A stretch of DNA of 63,693 nt, filler included, from Reticulomyxa filosa (Eukaryota > Protista > Foraminifera): assembly GCA_000512085.1 (NCBI GenBank). It is 17 parts of 17 records of this genome, joined end to end, with 100 filler letters (N's around TTAATTAATTAA, not from the genome) between each part and the next. Parts side by side here need not be neighbours in the genome. Positions count along the whole stretch, not along the records: positions 10,203 to 22,824 come from ASPP01005319.1; positions 22,925 to 24,527 come from ASPP01026539.1; positions 24,628 to 26,888 come from ASPP01018428.1; 14 more parts are not named here. The stretch is one strand, 5' to 3'. The translations under genes and the position numbers were made by a program. Under the pieces are notes generated by a model. It was not told the DNA's origin. It saw only the letters and a program-made list of their open reading frames with translations, and made no database searches. Numbering within the stretch: the first letter of the stretch is position 1; every line of letters starts with the position of its first letter. Below, one piece after another: positions 11,816 to 24,715 of the stretch.

Positions 11816-13596
11816 TCAGCTTTCTTTTTTATCGGTTACCGTTTCCTCTGTCTTTAATGAAACCTGTTGAGTGGGTGGTGGTCCCGGCGGCGGAGGAGGT
11901 TGCGTGAGCAATGAGGCCTATTCATAACAACAAAAATGCAATTATTTCATATCATTTTATTTTACGTAATCAAAAAGATGTAAACGGACCTGTTGTTGTA
12001 TTGGTGGAGGTCCGGAAGGAGGACCAGGAGGAGGACCAGAAGATAAGACAGACGGAGGTGGTGGAGGTGGCGGTTGCAACAGTGTAGTCGATGGAGGCGG
12101 GGGTGGTGGACCTCCAACGATATTAACAGAAGGAAGATGTGATTGTGTGGTGGGTGGACCTAAGGGCCTTTCGCCGGGGTCTTTCCCGCCCATGGTATTG
12201 GGCGGGAACGACCGCATTGGCGGGAAAGACATGCCGTGAATTGGAGGTGGATACAAGTGATGAGGCGGTGGCGGAGGAGGAGCAGAGAGCATCGTGTTCG
12301 GAGGACGAGGCATAAACATGGCCAAGTGCGGAGGCGGAGGAGGTTGGTTCATACCAAAGTTCGGATTCATATGTGACGGCTGACCAAACTGCGAAAGCAT
12401 TGACATATGCGGAGGAGGTGGTGCCATCATCGGGATAAAAGGACGATTTGGATGCATCGACGGAGGAGGCGGAGGAGGTCCCTGCGAATGGAAAAAGTTC
12501 TGATGCATAACAGAATCTAGAATCATTATTATTTCAAAGCAATAACAATACAATAATTAAACTTTCACGTCACAAGCATATAAACATAAAAATATATGTG
12601 TACATATAATATAAAAGATCAAAACTGGGCATTGAAGTATTGGAAATGGATACACGTGGTGCCATATTCATGGCCATGGACGGGTTGGAATTGATGTTGA
12701 TATGACTGGTGACCATGTGACTAGTCATGCCCGAGGACGATTTGAGATTGGTATCGTTGATACCATTGACCAGTTGAGTGTTGTTCATGTTCATATTCAT
12801 GTTCATGTTCAAGCTGGCATTGGCGTTCACGTTCGAATTGGTATTCACGTTGACTCCATGTGTGGCAAAGTGAGTATGCGGACGTGTTGTCATGTGCTTG
12901 GCCTGCTCTACTGCTATCAAGCGTTCCGTCTCGTCACCGTGCTTTTCACCACGCGCTCCTTCCTTCTTGTACGCATAGCCAACGTGCACCGGGCGATTGC
13001 ATAAAAACTGACCATTCATGTGCAAAATACTTTGGTCACTGCTGTCGAAATCCGCAAAATTTACAAACCCAAAGCCTCGACTTGTCACACCATCTTCTTC
13101 GTACATTACCTTTGCTGACAACACTTGCCCAAATGCGCTAAACGTATTGTACAATAGCTATTTGCACAATTTTTTTTTTGTCCCGAAATTTTTTTGAAAT
13201 TTTTTTTTTTTTTTTTTTTAAACAAAAAAAAAAAAAAAAGGGTACGAAGAAAAACTGAACTTGATCATCGACTTCAGGATCCAAGTTGCCTACAAATATG
13301 TTTGCACCAACCCCACTGTCGTCTTTGTCGTGAGTGGCTTTGTTGATTTTTATTGCTTTTCCATACAGTCTTACCATGTTCATTATTTTCATTGCGTAAT
13401 CCGCGTCATCCTCGCTCGAAAATTCGCAAAACGCGTATCCACTGTGCTCTCTACTGATTTTGTCCCTCGGTATGTTCACTGAGACCACTGGTCCAGCTTG
13501 GATCATCAATTCCCAAAGTAATTCCTCATCCACCCTCTCGTCCAGTCCACCAATCCATACCGTTGCCTCCTGATTTCTTTCTTCCACATAAGTCAT
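11816..13596 (-). CDS. SF3B4: Splicing factor 3B subunit 4 (SAP49): two RRMs and a Pro-rich tail, about 4 exons
   Basis: [55 protein letters not shown] and [27 protein letters not shown]. The 3' end is inferred from the last Pro-rich exon (about 11918-11816). Confidence 0.95.
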
Positions 13597-14142
13597 ATCG
13601 TTCTTTTTTTCACTGTCTTCACCCCTTTAGTGAAAACGTTCCAGCTGAACCTGTCCACGTCAAATGATCATTTTTTTTTAATTGTTCACCGTAGCCTGCT
13701 ATATCGCATCTATAAGTGGTAAATGAAGTTCAAGAGTAGAAAGATTTGCTCCTATAAACATTTTCGAGATGCCATCTAAAATCATTTTTTGGGCAACAGT
13801 AATCAGCAATTGCTTTGAAAAGAGAATTAATAGCCGTGCATTTGAGCTATCCACTATATATTATGCAATATAGTAAAATCTCGTCCTTTGAGTAAGTTGT
13901 TTGAAAAGTGAGAAATCCAGGGGGTCAATTTTTTTGAAACGTACGTTCGGTTGTTACAGATTTAATATAGAGAGCAAATTCGCCCGATTGTTTCCAATAT
14001 ATATGTATGTTCTCTTTTACTCTTAGGTTTATTTACGTGTGATTGCTTCACTTGAAACTCGGGAAAAAAAATGGAAAAAAGCAATTGATAAACTCGATGT
14101 GCGAATAGATTAAATACTACGCAAATTCGGATTAGTTAACAA

Positions 14143-14424
14143 ATGGCGAAGTCAAAAAACCACACAAATAAAAACCAAAGTGTCAAAGCTCATAGAAATG
14201 GCATCAAATTGCCTCAAGGTTGGAGATTGAAGATTCGATTTTTGAAATTCCGTGGCATGAAAGGCATGGACCCTAAATTTAGAAAAAATCAAAAGTATGC
14301 AAAAAAAGGAATGATTCAAGCCTACAAAAGAAAGAAACAAATTGAAAACGACAAAGCAAAAGCTGCAGCTTCCAAACCAGCCGCAGCTTCCAAACCAGCT
14401 GCAGCCAAAGAAGAGAAAAAGTAA
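14143..14424 (+). CDS. RPL29: 60S ribosomal protein L29 (eL29)
   Basis: [22 protein letters not shown] and [16 protein letters not shown], with an Ala/Lys-rich tail. Confidence 0.97.
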   Translation: MAKSKNHTNKNQSVKAHRNGIKLPQGWRLKIRFLKFRGMKGMDPKFRKNQKYAKKGMIQAYKRKKQIENDKAKAAASKPAAASKPAAAKEEKK

Positions 14425-14894
14425 GCACCTTTGGAAAAAAAAAAATTTCGTGTTTGAAATTGATTTATTTGAGTTTTTTTTTTGTTGTGAAAAAAAGGGG
14501 ATGTAAATTTAGTATTGCCTTTTTGAATAATCTGGGCACTTTTCTACACACATCAATCATCCTTTTCATTAACGAAATTGACATACTTAAACTTTTATTG
14601 TCTTGTAGAGATTTAGAACACATCCAAAATTTTCTTGTAGTGCGACAAAAAACAAATTTTTATTGGCTATATTGTAATGTAAGCTAATACAAATGTGTTT
14701 CACATTTCCAAAAAAAATTTGAGTAATAGGAAAATAAAGTCAACAGAATGTTAAAAAAATTTATGCTGGAAATGACAAAAGTTGTTTTCTTGTTGAAATC
14801 ATTGGTATGTTCCAGATTAAATTTGCGAAAGAAATTAAAAAAAGGAAAGCTAACCCATAAAACATTAATACAGTGTTGAACAACTCTTGTAATA

Positions 14895-16780
14895 TTATTC
14901 CTGTTTCGGTGCAGTGGTTGAAGATAAATACTCCCATTGCTGTTTAGTGATAAGATACTCTGGCTTAAACACCTTACACAAGAAAGCTTTTTCTGTATCT
15001 CCTTTTCGGGTCAGGCGAAACATTTGCGATACTTGAAAGCCGGGATCATTACATGTTTCATTAACAGTTGCTTTGCAATGAAATTTAATTTTCTCAAGGA
15101 TACGATAAAACATTATCAATGTAGATTTTCGTTGTATCTTATTTTTGAAGAACTCGTCTGCTTTTAACGCTTGAATACCTGTAACTGTGGCAATATCGCT
15201 TGTGATATACCTTTTCGCTATAGTATTATATTGTAGAGCAATGGCAGTGTAATGATTATGTGCACAAATATATAAATTTATTGGAACGTGCGTATCTTTT
15301 GAATATATATGTATATAAACCTACAGAACAACAATAATAACAAAAAAGTAGTATCGAACCTCGAAAAACTTGTTCAATTCCGCTGAATAAGGTCTGAGTC
15401 CATATGGAAACAGGCATGTCACGTGATCCAAATTTGAGTTCGACAGGTTTTTCGGTATCGATATCAACCGCGTCAACTTCCGAGGCGATAAGCATGCGCA
15501 GTTTCCCTATCCTGATATCTAGCAGTTGAAAGAATTCTTGGTTTTTAGCATAAATCGGAAGCGGTACTTTCTTCTTCTTCTTTTGGCGTTCATTATTATT
15601 TCTCTTTTTTTTTTCTTTTTCTTTTTCTTCATTTCCTTCCTTTTTCATCTCTTGTGTCTCGTCATTGTCGTCATTATTTTTTTACTTCAAACTTTGTGTT
15701 GTATCGTATACAAAATTTGTTGAGTGAGTGCAGGAAGCCCGCTCCCCTTTCCCTCTCCGTTTATTAAAAAAAAAACTTCAGGTCGGTTTTGGTTAGTGCA
15801 ATACAACTCGAATTGATAACCAAAATTAGAAGTGAGAGCCGTGGGAGCGACGTTGACGTCTTCGGCGAACAAGATGCCATTGATAAGTTGGAAATTGGTG
15901 TTAAGTTGTTCACTAGCGCTGCAGATGCGTTTGATACCCGGTCGCAGTGACACAATGTCATAGTCTTCCAGTCGCAATTTATAGCGCTTCACCGCCGCTA
16001 ATGCCAATGCGTACACCGGCATCACGATCGGGTACGCAAACTTAGATTTTTTAATGTTTGCTGGGCCGTACATTTGGAAAGGAAGCGTCGGAAATTGCAA
16101 GTACGGCACGTACACACTTGGGGCCTGTATATGCTTTTCCAACTTTTCTATGTCGGCTGGATCTGTATCTTTTTCGTCAATCCTTTTTTTTTTTTTTTTT
16201 TTTTTTTTAGAGCCCTTTTTTAAACAATAAATTCTTTAAAAAATTCTTTTTTTTTTAACGGGGTCCACGACCAATCCATGTTTCCAAGCAATTTGGGCTT
16301 CAGTTCGCTTGGTTCGAGGCTCGCTTCGGCAGTATCCAACTTGTTAGCAAAGATCTCTTCTGCTATAGCTGCTTGGAATTTGTAAAAGTGAAATTCTTCC
16401 ACTGGATTCAAGTCCGTTACTTGCTTCTCTCTATAGCTCGCCCAGACATTTGATAACTTGGTATTTTTAATTTTTTTCCAGTTCTGGGATGCGTTGGCCC
16501 CATGGGAATGGAATGTAGGTTGGAACGCGTTGGCCCCATGGGAATGGAATGTAGGCTGGAACGCGCTGGCCCCATGGGAATGGAATGTAGGCTGGAACGC
16601 ACTGGCCCCATGGGAATGGAATGTAGGTTGGAACGCGTTGGCCCCATGGGAATGGAACGTAGGTTGGGACGCGTTGGCCCCATAGGGATGGAATTTAGAT
16701 CGGGGTGCATTGCCCTGCCCTCTCGCTGCACCATACTTTGTCATGGGGATATTGTCATTTGGATTAGATTTTTCAGCCAT
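14895..16780 (-). CDS. DXO/Rai1/Dom3Z-family decapping nuclease-like protein with N-terminal 12-aa tandem repeats, about 4 exons
   Basis: Ordered motifs DIVSLRPGIKRI (canonical 'RG'), FGYQFELYCT ('GYKFE'), LIASEVDA ('GEVD'), VELK ('ELKT') and WTQTLFSGI..VFRG ('W.QSFL.G'). Confidence 0.75.
16488..16692 (-). repeat. 36-bp coding tandem repeat, about 5.5 copies (PTFHSHGA[N/S]AFQ)
   Basis: The unit GCGTTGGCCCCATGGGAATGGAATGTAGGTTGGAAC recurs with few substitutions and is open in several frames. Confidence 0.95.
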
Positions 16781-17490
16781 TGATTAGTAGTACTTTTTCA
16801 AACAAAGGACTCGTGACTTTTAAACAACCCGACACACTTAAAAAAAAACTAACAAAATGATTTTCGGCTTAAACTCCAAAAAAAAGAAAGACAAAACATT
16901 GCAAAATAAAATTAAATTGTAAATTGATAATAAAACCATTAAGTATTAAAAAATCTGCGGTTGACTATATAAGATCCCAAAACTCAAGACTTTACAAAAA
17001 TTTTTAATTGAGAGCACATTTGTACACAGTTTTCGGTTTTAGTACTAAAATTTCAAAAAAGATTAACAAAAAAAGAGCATTTGTGAAAAATCAAATTTTT
17101 TAAAAAATTAGAAACGAAGTTTTTCTGAAATAAATTTTTACGAGTTATTTTTGTCATTTACTCATTGGACCATTGTCAAAAATTTGGCAATGACATTTAC
17201 ATTAATTAGGTAATATATTTTCTTCAAAGAAAAAAGAATGTGTCGAAAATCTTATGTTGATGTTCTGTAGATAGGACTAAGTTTGGGATCCATTAATTTT
17301 TCGAATTCATGAAAGATATAAACCGAGTAGTAATGCTGACCAACAAACGGTGAGGTTTTGTTTTTGAGGTACAGAGATGCTTATGTTCCAGATGCAAAAA
17401 AAAAAAAAAATCATTTGTAGCATAAACAACAGGCAAAATTTTGTCAAAAGCCACCTGTTCCTTCAAAAACGGTGGTATGCACATTGACTC

Positions 17491-19744
17491 TTAATAGGCC
17501 GCAGATGACCACATTCTGAAGGTAGAGTACCACGGCAATTCGTGAGTTGGTCCAAGGGACGCTATGGCATGATCCTGAATGAGGGGGGAAAAAAAAAGCG
17601 TTCATCAAAACAGTTTGTTTAAATAGTCAAAAAAAACAAACAACAAAAAAAAATGAAGTAACTTTGTCAATCAAATATCGGTGTGCAGCCACTTTGACAG
17701 CATTGACATCAACATCGTTAATTCTCTTAATAGCTTCAACAGGATGAATTCTTCGTCCATGAACAAGAAGCTGTCTTCCAACATCTTCCATGAGTTGTGA
17801 TGTGTTTCCTAATGATAACAATAATGTCGCTTTCAATCGTTCCCGGACATCTTCCAACATAGCCTCATTCACGTCATATCCATATCGATTCACTTCTCGT
17901 CTGGACTCTTCCAAAGCGTACTTCAAATCATAAGGATGTGTGACGGCATAAACTCCAAATAATCCAGTGTCAGTATACGGAGTGTTGAATGCCATGTAGG
18001 ATTCGGTGATTGGTCGACTGTCATCGCCATAAAAATAAGCTGTCAAGGGATTGACGTGATAACGTCCACCAGGATAGCGTTTGTCCCATTGCCCAAGCAT
18101 TTGTTGCATAAACATTAATGGATAAGTGTCTGGATGATTCCAAGGACATGTTTCGTATGCATAGGCAACATAACAGTATTCCATGTCATCCCAGCGTTCG
18201 TCATATTCACATCCGCGGAAGTATGAGGCATCTTTTTTCTTCAAGCAAGTCATGTATTTATATTTATATTTACATTGTTATCAGTTGTACCATTGCCATT
18301 ATTGTTATTATTATTTATTATTTATTATTTATAGTTTTGCACAAATTTAAATAGATTCTTTTATAGTTTACAGTTTATATTTGTCTTTTATGTTTGTGTG
18401 AATAAAATGTATTGTAATGTGAGAAAAAGCAAAACTGGTCGATGAGGATTTTTCGGTAGCACTTTTTGAAATTTCTCTTTGATCAAGTTGACAAACTTTT
18501 CGTGATCAACAGCACCAGTGGCGACAATAACCATATTGTCTGCAGTATAGTATTGATTTATGTATTCCAACAAGTCGTCGCGATTGATGCGTTGAATGTT
18601 CTCGACAGGTCCTAAAATCGTTCGGCCCAATGCACAGTCTTGAAAGCAGTTTTCATGCAAATGGTCAAATATCAGCTCTTCTTTCGTCTCAGTGTACACG
18701 TTTTCCATCTTTTCAATTTTTATTTTTTTTTTAAAAATGATATTTGTTTGCGTTTGATCGTTGGGACCCCCTTTCATCTTTTTTTTTTTTTTCTCCCCCC
18801 CCCCCTTCCCCTCCCTTCTTCCTTCTCCTCTTTGCCAAACAACAAACACACGCGTTTGTTCGCGCGCTTACGAAAAATCGCAAACATTGTTATTCCCATT
18901 TTGGTAATAGTTTTTTGTTTGTTTTTTTTTTTTTTGAAAAGAAAGAAAGAAGGAAAGAAGGAATACCTCAGTCAAAATGACAGACCTTTCTCTGTCAATG
19001 CTCTCTGGGTCCAATGTAGAATTGGTCAAAATATCGGCTAATATGTCGACGGCTTGCTCTGTGTCTTCCTTCAATGCTTGAGCGTAGTACACCGTTTGCT
19101 CTCGAGATGTGTACGCGTTCAGATGGCCGCCGATATTTTCCACTTCGATTTCCAATTGTCCGCGACTTCTCTTGTTTGTCCCCTTGAACGCCAAGTGCTC
19201 CAAGAAATGGGCACTGCCGTTATTTGCTTCTGTTTCGTAGCGACTTCCGGCGTCAATAAACACACCAACGCTTACACTATTCGTATTCCAAGGAATCGGC
19301 TCCGTCACTACGCGCAATCCGTTTTCTAAGCCTGTCACTTGGCATTGAGGCCACAGTTTCACATCTTCCATTTGCACACCTTCGCAGTCAATTGGACCCT
19401 TTTTTATTTTTTTTATTTTTTTTTGTATTTATTAAATTTTTTTTTCCCCTTTTTTTTTTATGATAAGTGTCTCTCTTCCTCTTTTTTTTTAGATTTGACT
19501 CGTGTTAAGGATCTTTCCGTATGTATTATGTCATTCAGGTTGACTATTTTTTCTCCTCCCTTTCCTAAACTTGTTGCAAGTTTGGCAGCGCGTCCTTGGA
19601 CAATGATTTGTCCGCTCGAGATGGCCACATTTGAACCTGCAAGTTTCGGTAGTTTCGGGTTCCCAAAGACGCCAATGCCGGAGGCTTCACTTGCAATTTC
19701 GACGAAGCCTTTGGCGGCTTGACCAAGAGACGAGAGAGAGACAT
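17491..19744 (-). CDS. PMPCB: Mitochondrial processing peptidase beta subunit (M16 family), 5 exons
   Basis: [31 protein letters not shown] (intact HxxEH), [31 protein letters not shown] and EDVGRQLL. Exon 1 from ATG 19744 reads [32 protein letters not shown], a presequence-like peptide missed by the ORF track. The last exon ends ...WSSAAY* at 17491. Confidence 0.95.
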
Positions 19745-20802
19745 GTGTTCTCACAAATTAACCAAAAAAGTATTAGGAGAGAATTTAAAGGTTTTCTTTT
19801 GGCAAACTTTTTCTTTAAAGTTGAATGGTACCAATTGATAGAAGATCAATATAAATCAACACAACAGAAATAACTATAGAAAATGTTGAATAAACAAATA
19901 TCATTTACTATTATTTCAGTGGAATCAAATTATCAACATAAGTAAATAAATTGTTGTAACTTTTTATTGAAAAGCTATCATGATAAAAATATATTATTGA
20001 CAAATTTTAAGTAGAAATATTTCATCCAAGATTATTAAAAAACTCGAATTTATTTCAAGATGAATGATCGAAAAGTAATTATATAGATAACATGTGAAAT
20101 AATTTCAAGATATCTTTCTCTACAAACAGCTGGTAATTTTATTTTTTGTTAAAAAAAACGAGAAAAATTAGTGCTCATAATTGAACAGAACTGTTGATGA
20201 CTGAAACTTTTGTTGGTTCTTTAAACTCTTTCATCGATCTTAATGTCAAAATCTTTTATTGTCTACTACCCTAGTTTCCAAAATATTATAAATGCAGCTT
20301 TTGTACGAATGGATTTATGTAATCTTAATTGATTCCTTTTGTTTAATAAGACCTTTTGCGTTTGAATGATTTACTCAAGTGAAAATTAATCAAAAGAAAA
20401 AGCAGGAAAATTGCCTTTAAGATTTCATCGAAATGTCATATTTCACTATTTGGACCTTGTCCTAAAAAGATGTTGCTTGAAATGAAAACACAGCAAAGCA
20501 AAGCAAACAAAAGTTGTAATAAAAGCAATGCTCCACGAAATACGTTAAAATCGTGTGCTACATTGAACTTTTGTATTTTTGGTCCATCACAAAGCGAGTC
20601 AATTGTTGTTATTTTATCTTAATTTTGTTTTACCTCTCAATTGGTGTTTGCTTTGTTTGTGTGGTTATTTCTTTTTTACACGTTGAAAAAATATTAAACG
20701 ATCTTCGGATATGAAGAAAAGGGGAAGGAGAGAATAAACAAAATAAAGGAAGTTTAGACATTTTTTTTTTTTTTTTTTGCTCTTCCTCATTTTCTCCCAA
20801 GT

Positions 20803-22140
20803 TTATGTCGCATCATTCAAAGCTACACAAGTGACAGCTTTTTTGTTATTTCCATATTCAACAATACTCGTACCAGATTTAATGTTCCATAAGCGAGCAG
20901 TTCGATCAGATGATACTATGTTGTTGTTTTTTTAATAAAAAAAGAAGAGCGATAATGTATATAATGCATATATATGTACATCGTCAATAAGTAGGCAGTG
21001 ACGAAAAGATAGAGATTTACCAGACACAATGTAAGCGGAATCGGCAGAAAAAGCCAAGTCCCAAACCCACATTTGATGGCCTTTTAAAGTTTTGATGAAT
21101 TCAAAATTTTTTTCAGCGTTCCATAGTTTGATGGTAGTATCACTGGAAGCGGTAGCCAAGATTTTATTGTCAGGGGATAATACAGACTTCAAGACATAGC
21201 TGTCATGAGACTGCCATTTGTGTAACAGCGTGAACATATCATTACTCGAGTCTTTGTCGTTGGATTTGTTCGAAGGGTTTGCATTGACATTCACAGTCAA
21301 GCTTTTCGGCATGTTCAATGATGTTTTCACATTGTCGCCCAATCCTTTGGACTCGTCCTCACTTCCAGAAGATCCATCACTAATCAATCAATATATATAT
21401 ATGTATATATGTATATATGCATATATATATATATATATATATATATGTCCATACCTTGGTTTGTAGGCATAACACACGCCTTTGTGGGTAGCCACGACCA
21501 ACACCTTTGCTAAGCTATGCATGGAAATACTACGAATTGGAACGGCTTTGCCTTCGGGTTGAAACTTGACACGTATTTTATTTGCGGACAGGTCCCAAAC
21601 ACTGACTGTCCCCTTTTCGTCGCCGCACAGAATTTCGCCTTGATTGGGGTGCAGAATTGCATCGCTAATCATCACGCGCTTGTGCTCGTTCACTTGTCGC
21701 TCCAATGAACTCACCCCGGTTCGAGGGTCCCATATCTTCATTGTCCCATCCTCACTCGCACTAAATAGCCACTTCTGATTCTTTGGATATCCCAATGATA
21801 CAATGTTGTTTGTGTGTCCTTCGAGCGTTAATGTCTAATTTTATTATTTATTTATTTTTTGTTGTTTTTGTATTTTTTTTTTTTAAATAACCTTTGAACA
21901 TACAAAAAAAAAAAAAAATGACCTCTTTCGATTTTTGTCCAATGTTGAAATTTTTATCACAGGATTACATCCTGCTGCTAGTTGAGATTTGTCCGGAGAT
22001 ATTCCTAAACAGTTGATCTGCGATTCCTGTACCACCAGCTCGCTATTGCAAATCCCTGTCGCTGCATCCCAAAACTTGATAATTCGATCATACCCGCCTG
22101 TGCATAACAGTACCGCCTCTTGTTGTATATCTTGTGCCAT
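20803..22140 (-). CDS. MLST8: TOR complex subunit LST8 (WD40), 4 exons
   Basis: [75 protein letters not shown] and final [10 protein letters not shown]. Confidence 0.95.
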
Positions 22141-22353
22141 ATTCCAATCGATATTCCAACTTCAAGTTTTTTTTTGGGTCCCAACAGGACGCTTTAACGG
22201 TTAAAGAGCAAAAAGATTAATATTAAAAATATTTTTTTTTACAAACTGCTCTCCACATATTTTAAAAAAGAAATTGAATACATGCTTGCAGAAAATGCTG
22301 TGAAGAAGCAAAGGTCAGGGGCAGAGAACAAAAAAGTTAAAAAACATTAAGCA
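22141..22353. promoter_or_regulatory. Short head-to-head intergenic region (probable bidirectional promoter) between LST8 and the U-box/SAM gene
   Basis: Divergent start codons are separated by only 213 bp. Confidence 0.5.
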
Positions 22354-22824
22354 ATGGAAGAAGTATCTGCCGAAACAGATAATCCCCCCGAAGAATATGT
22401 GTGTCCAATAACGAAAGATTTGATGGTGAGACCGGTGATGTTGTTGTCGGACGGAACAACATATGAGGAAAGAGCATTGGGGGAATGGTTGAAAGAGAAC
22501 AACACAAGCCCGTTGACAGGATTGGAGTTGACAACAAAAGAAACGAAGCCGAATTACAATTTGAGACAGGCAATAGAGACTTACAAAAAAGGGAGGTTGA
22601 ATAAGGACTCGGAAATGGTAGAGTTTTTGACAAAGCATAAATTGGAAGACTATGTGTCAATGTTGATATTGGAGGGATTCCAAGATATGAATGATTTGAG
22701 TCAAGTGACATTTGCAGATTTGATAGCAATGGATATGCCAAGAGGACATGCAAGAAGATTGTTACAGCAGTTGTCAGTGTTGAAGCAGAATGAAAGTAAA
22801 GATAATAGTAATGATAATGATAAT
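22354..22824 (+). CDS. U-box plus SAM domain protein (putative E3 ligase), 3'-truncated
   Basis: PEEYVCPITKDLMVRPVMLLSDGTTYEERAL.EWL..NTSPLTG...PNYNLRQAI is a U-box. FLTKHKLEDYVSML..EGF..DL..VT.ADL.AMDMPRGHARRLL is a SAM domain. Confidence 0.9.
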
Positions 22825-22924
22825 NNNNNNNNNNNNNNNNNNNNNNNNNNNNNNNNNNNNNNNNNNNNTTAATTAATTAANNNNNNNNNNNNNNNNNNNN
22901 NNNNNNNNNNNNNNNNNNNNNNNN

Positions 22925-24330
22925 GTGTTTCTTGTAGTATTTGTTGATTTATATATTAACCTTGATAATGGATTCCACAAACATTTCAGTAATCCCAAAT
23001 TCATGGAATACTTTTGGCACGCCAACAGAAATACCGTTCTGAATGCAATAAGATATTAGACGACATAAGATGATATAAATTTGATCTCTAAAATTTTCAG
23101 TGATAAATTTGTAGTGCTGATTATTCAACTTTTGTTTTTTTTTTTAAGCCGGCATTGCAATATCATATTCATTGTTGTCACTCTTTTCATCCAATTCTGC
23201 GAATACAGAATCGCTTTCCATTTCCCGACGGCGTCTTACTCTCAACGTTGATGCGCGTGACAGCTGAGTATGCAAATTCGTCGTTGGCAATAAAGAAGAC
23301 ACTGGCTCTGTTGCGGACAGTGTATTATCATGTTGTGATTGCAAAGAAGTTGATATATCTGTCATTGACGTATCATATTCTGCTACGTGTACTGGAATAT
23401 TGGAAGTTTCTGGTTGTGTTGTTTCGGACAGTCTTGTTCATTCGAATCATTTTGCATTGATGGAGATTGCTCTGTTAATTTTGATGTCGCGTCTTGTTCA
23501 TTCACTTTTTTATGTTCCCTTTTTTTTTTTTTTATTTACATTTGATCAATGTAATAGCCATATTGTCACGTTTTTGTAAACAACCATTTCCTTGTGAGAC
23601 AAACCTGTGATAATATCGTTTGATAAGTTCACAGATTAGAAGATCAGTTTTGGGCGCTTTCAAAATTGAGATTGACTGTTGATAAAAACGAATCGTTTCC
23701 ATGGCAACGATAAAGCATGAGCTTATTAAATTTTTTGATAGAATAACTCGATGCTATAAACAATGCAATGGTATAAAAAGGATATAGAGGCAATTTCTAA
23801 AAGACAGATGGAGATAGGGGGTGCATAAAAAAAACAAACACTCAACAAAAAACACGGTACAAACAATGGTTTTGGTCCCATGTTTTGAAAACATGTAGCT
23901 GTTCACAAATTTCCAATCTATTAAATTTGACAAGCAAGTGTTGTCTTTTTGTTTGGTGACAATGGCGTCTAATAATTTAATGGTTTCGGTTAAAACTTCA
24001 ATGTTTGTCATTTTTTCATTGCCAATTATTTGCAATAGATGTGCAATTAATCCATTCCAGTCGATGGATGTCCAATTCCCTGTGATTTGTTGTCGGAAGA
24101 TAGATGAACACAAGGTAGGGAAGTGAAAAACAAAAACTATCACATGAGCTATTCGAGCGAACGTGAGTGATAGTACAATTAACGAAATTTAAAAAATGTG
24201 GAGCTAACAACAGCGTTTTGGAATCATTGGGATCAAATTCCAAGTTACCGATAATACGTCGAATGGTTATCGCAACAAATGAGTTTTCTCCCCAAATTTC
24301 GTGCAACGAGCTCATGAAAAATGGCTGTTA
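22925..24330 (-). CDS. Hypothetical multi-exon protein (helical, ARM/HEAT-like segments), internal fragment
   Basis: Successive minus-strand coding blocks (24315-24140, 24100-23870, 23750-23550, 23365-23144) separated by AT-rich intron-like gaps. No family recognised. Confidence 0.45.
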
Positions 24331-24340
24331 TTTATTTGTT

Positions 24341-24381
24341 TGATTGATTGATTGATTGGTTGATTGGTTGATTGATTGATC

Positions 24382-24414
<33 letters not shown>

Positions 24415-24436
24415 GTTGGTTGATTGATTGATCGAT
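24341..24436. repeat. (ATTG/GTTG)n microsatellite
   Basis: Directly visible tetranucleotide array, probably intronic. Confidence 0.95.
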
Positions 24437-24715
24437 TTGATTTAAAAAAAAAAACAAAAAATAAAAAGTAGGTTGTCAACACCCATAAAATCAAAATTGC
24501 AATACCATAAAACTTTTCAATGACAAANNNNNNNNNNNNNNNNNNNNNNNNNNNNNNNNNNNNNNNNNNNNTTAATTAATTAANNNNNNNNNNNNNNNNN
24601 NNNNNNNNNNNNNNNNNNNNNNNNNNNCTATATTTAAAAAAAAAAAAAAAAACTAAAGAGGGTATGGCTGATGGATTTTGGTCTGAATTACAAATCATGA
24701 CACATAACATACAAA

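Noticed and set aside
16488-16692. 36-bp repeats as a CRISPR array
   Set aside because: Units are head-to-tail without unique spacers, lie in frame within a eukaryotic exon, and no cas genes are present.
19458-19754. 98-aa [12 protein letters not shown]... as a separate gene
   Set aside because: It is an alternative frame over MPP-beta exon 1; the real frame starts at ATG 19744 and encodes a presequence-like peptide.
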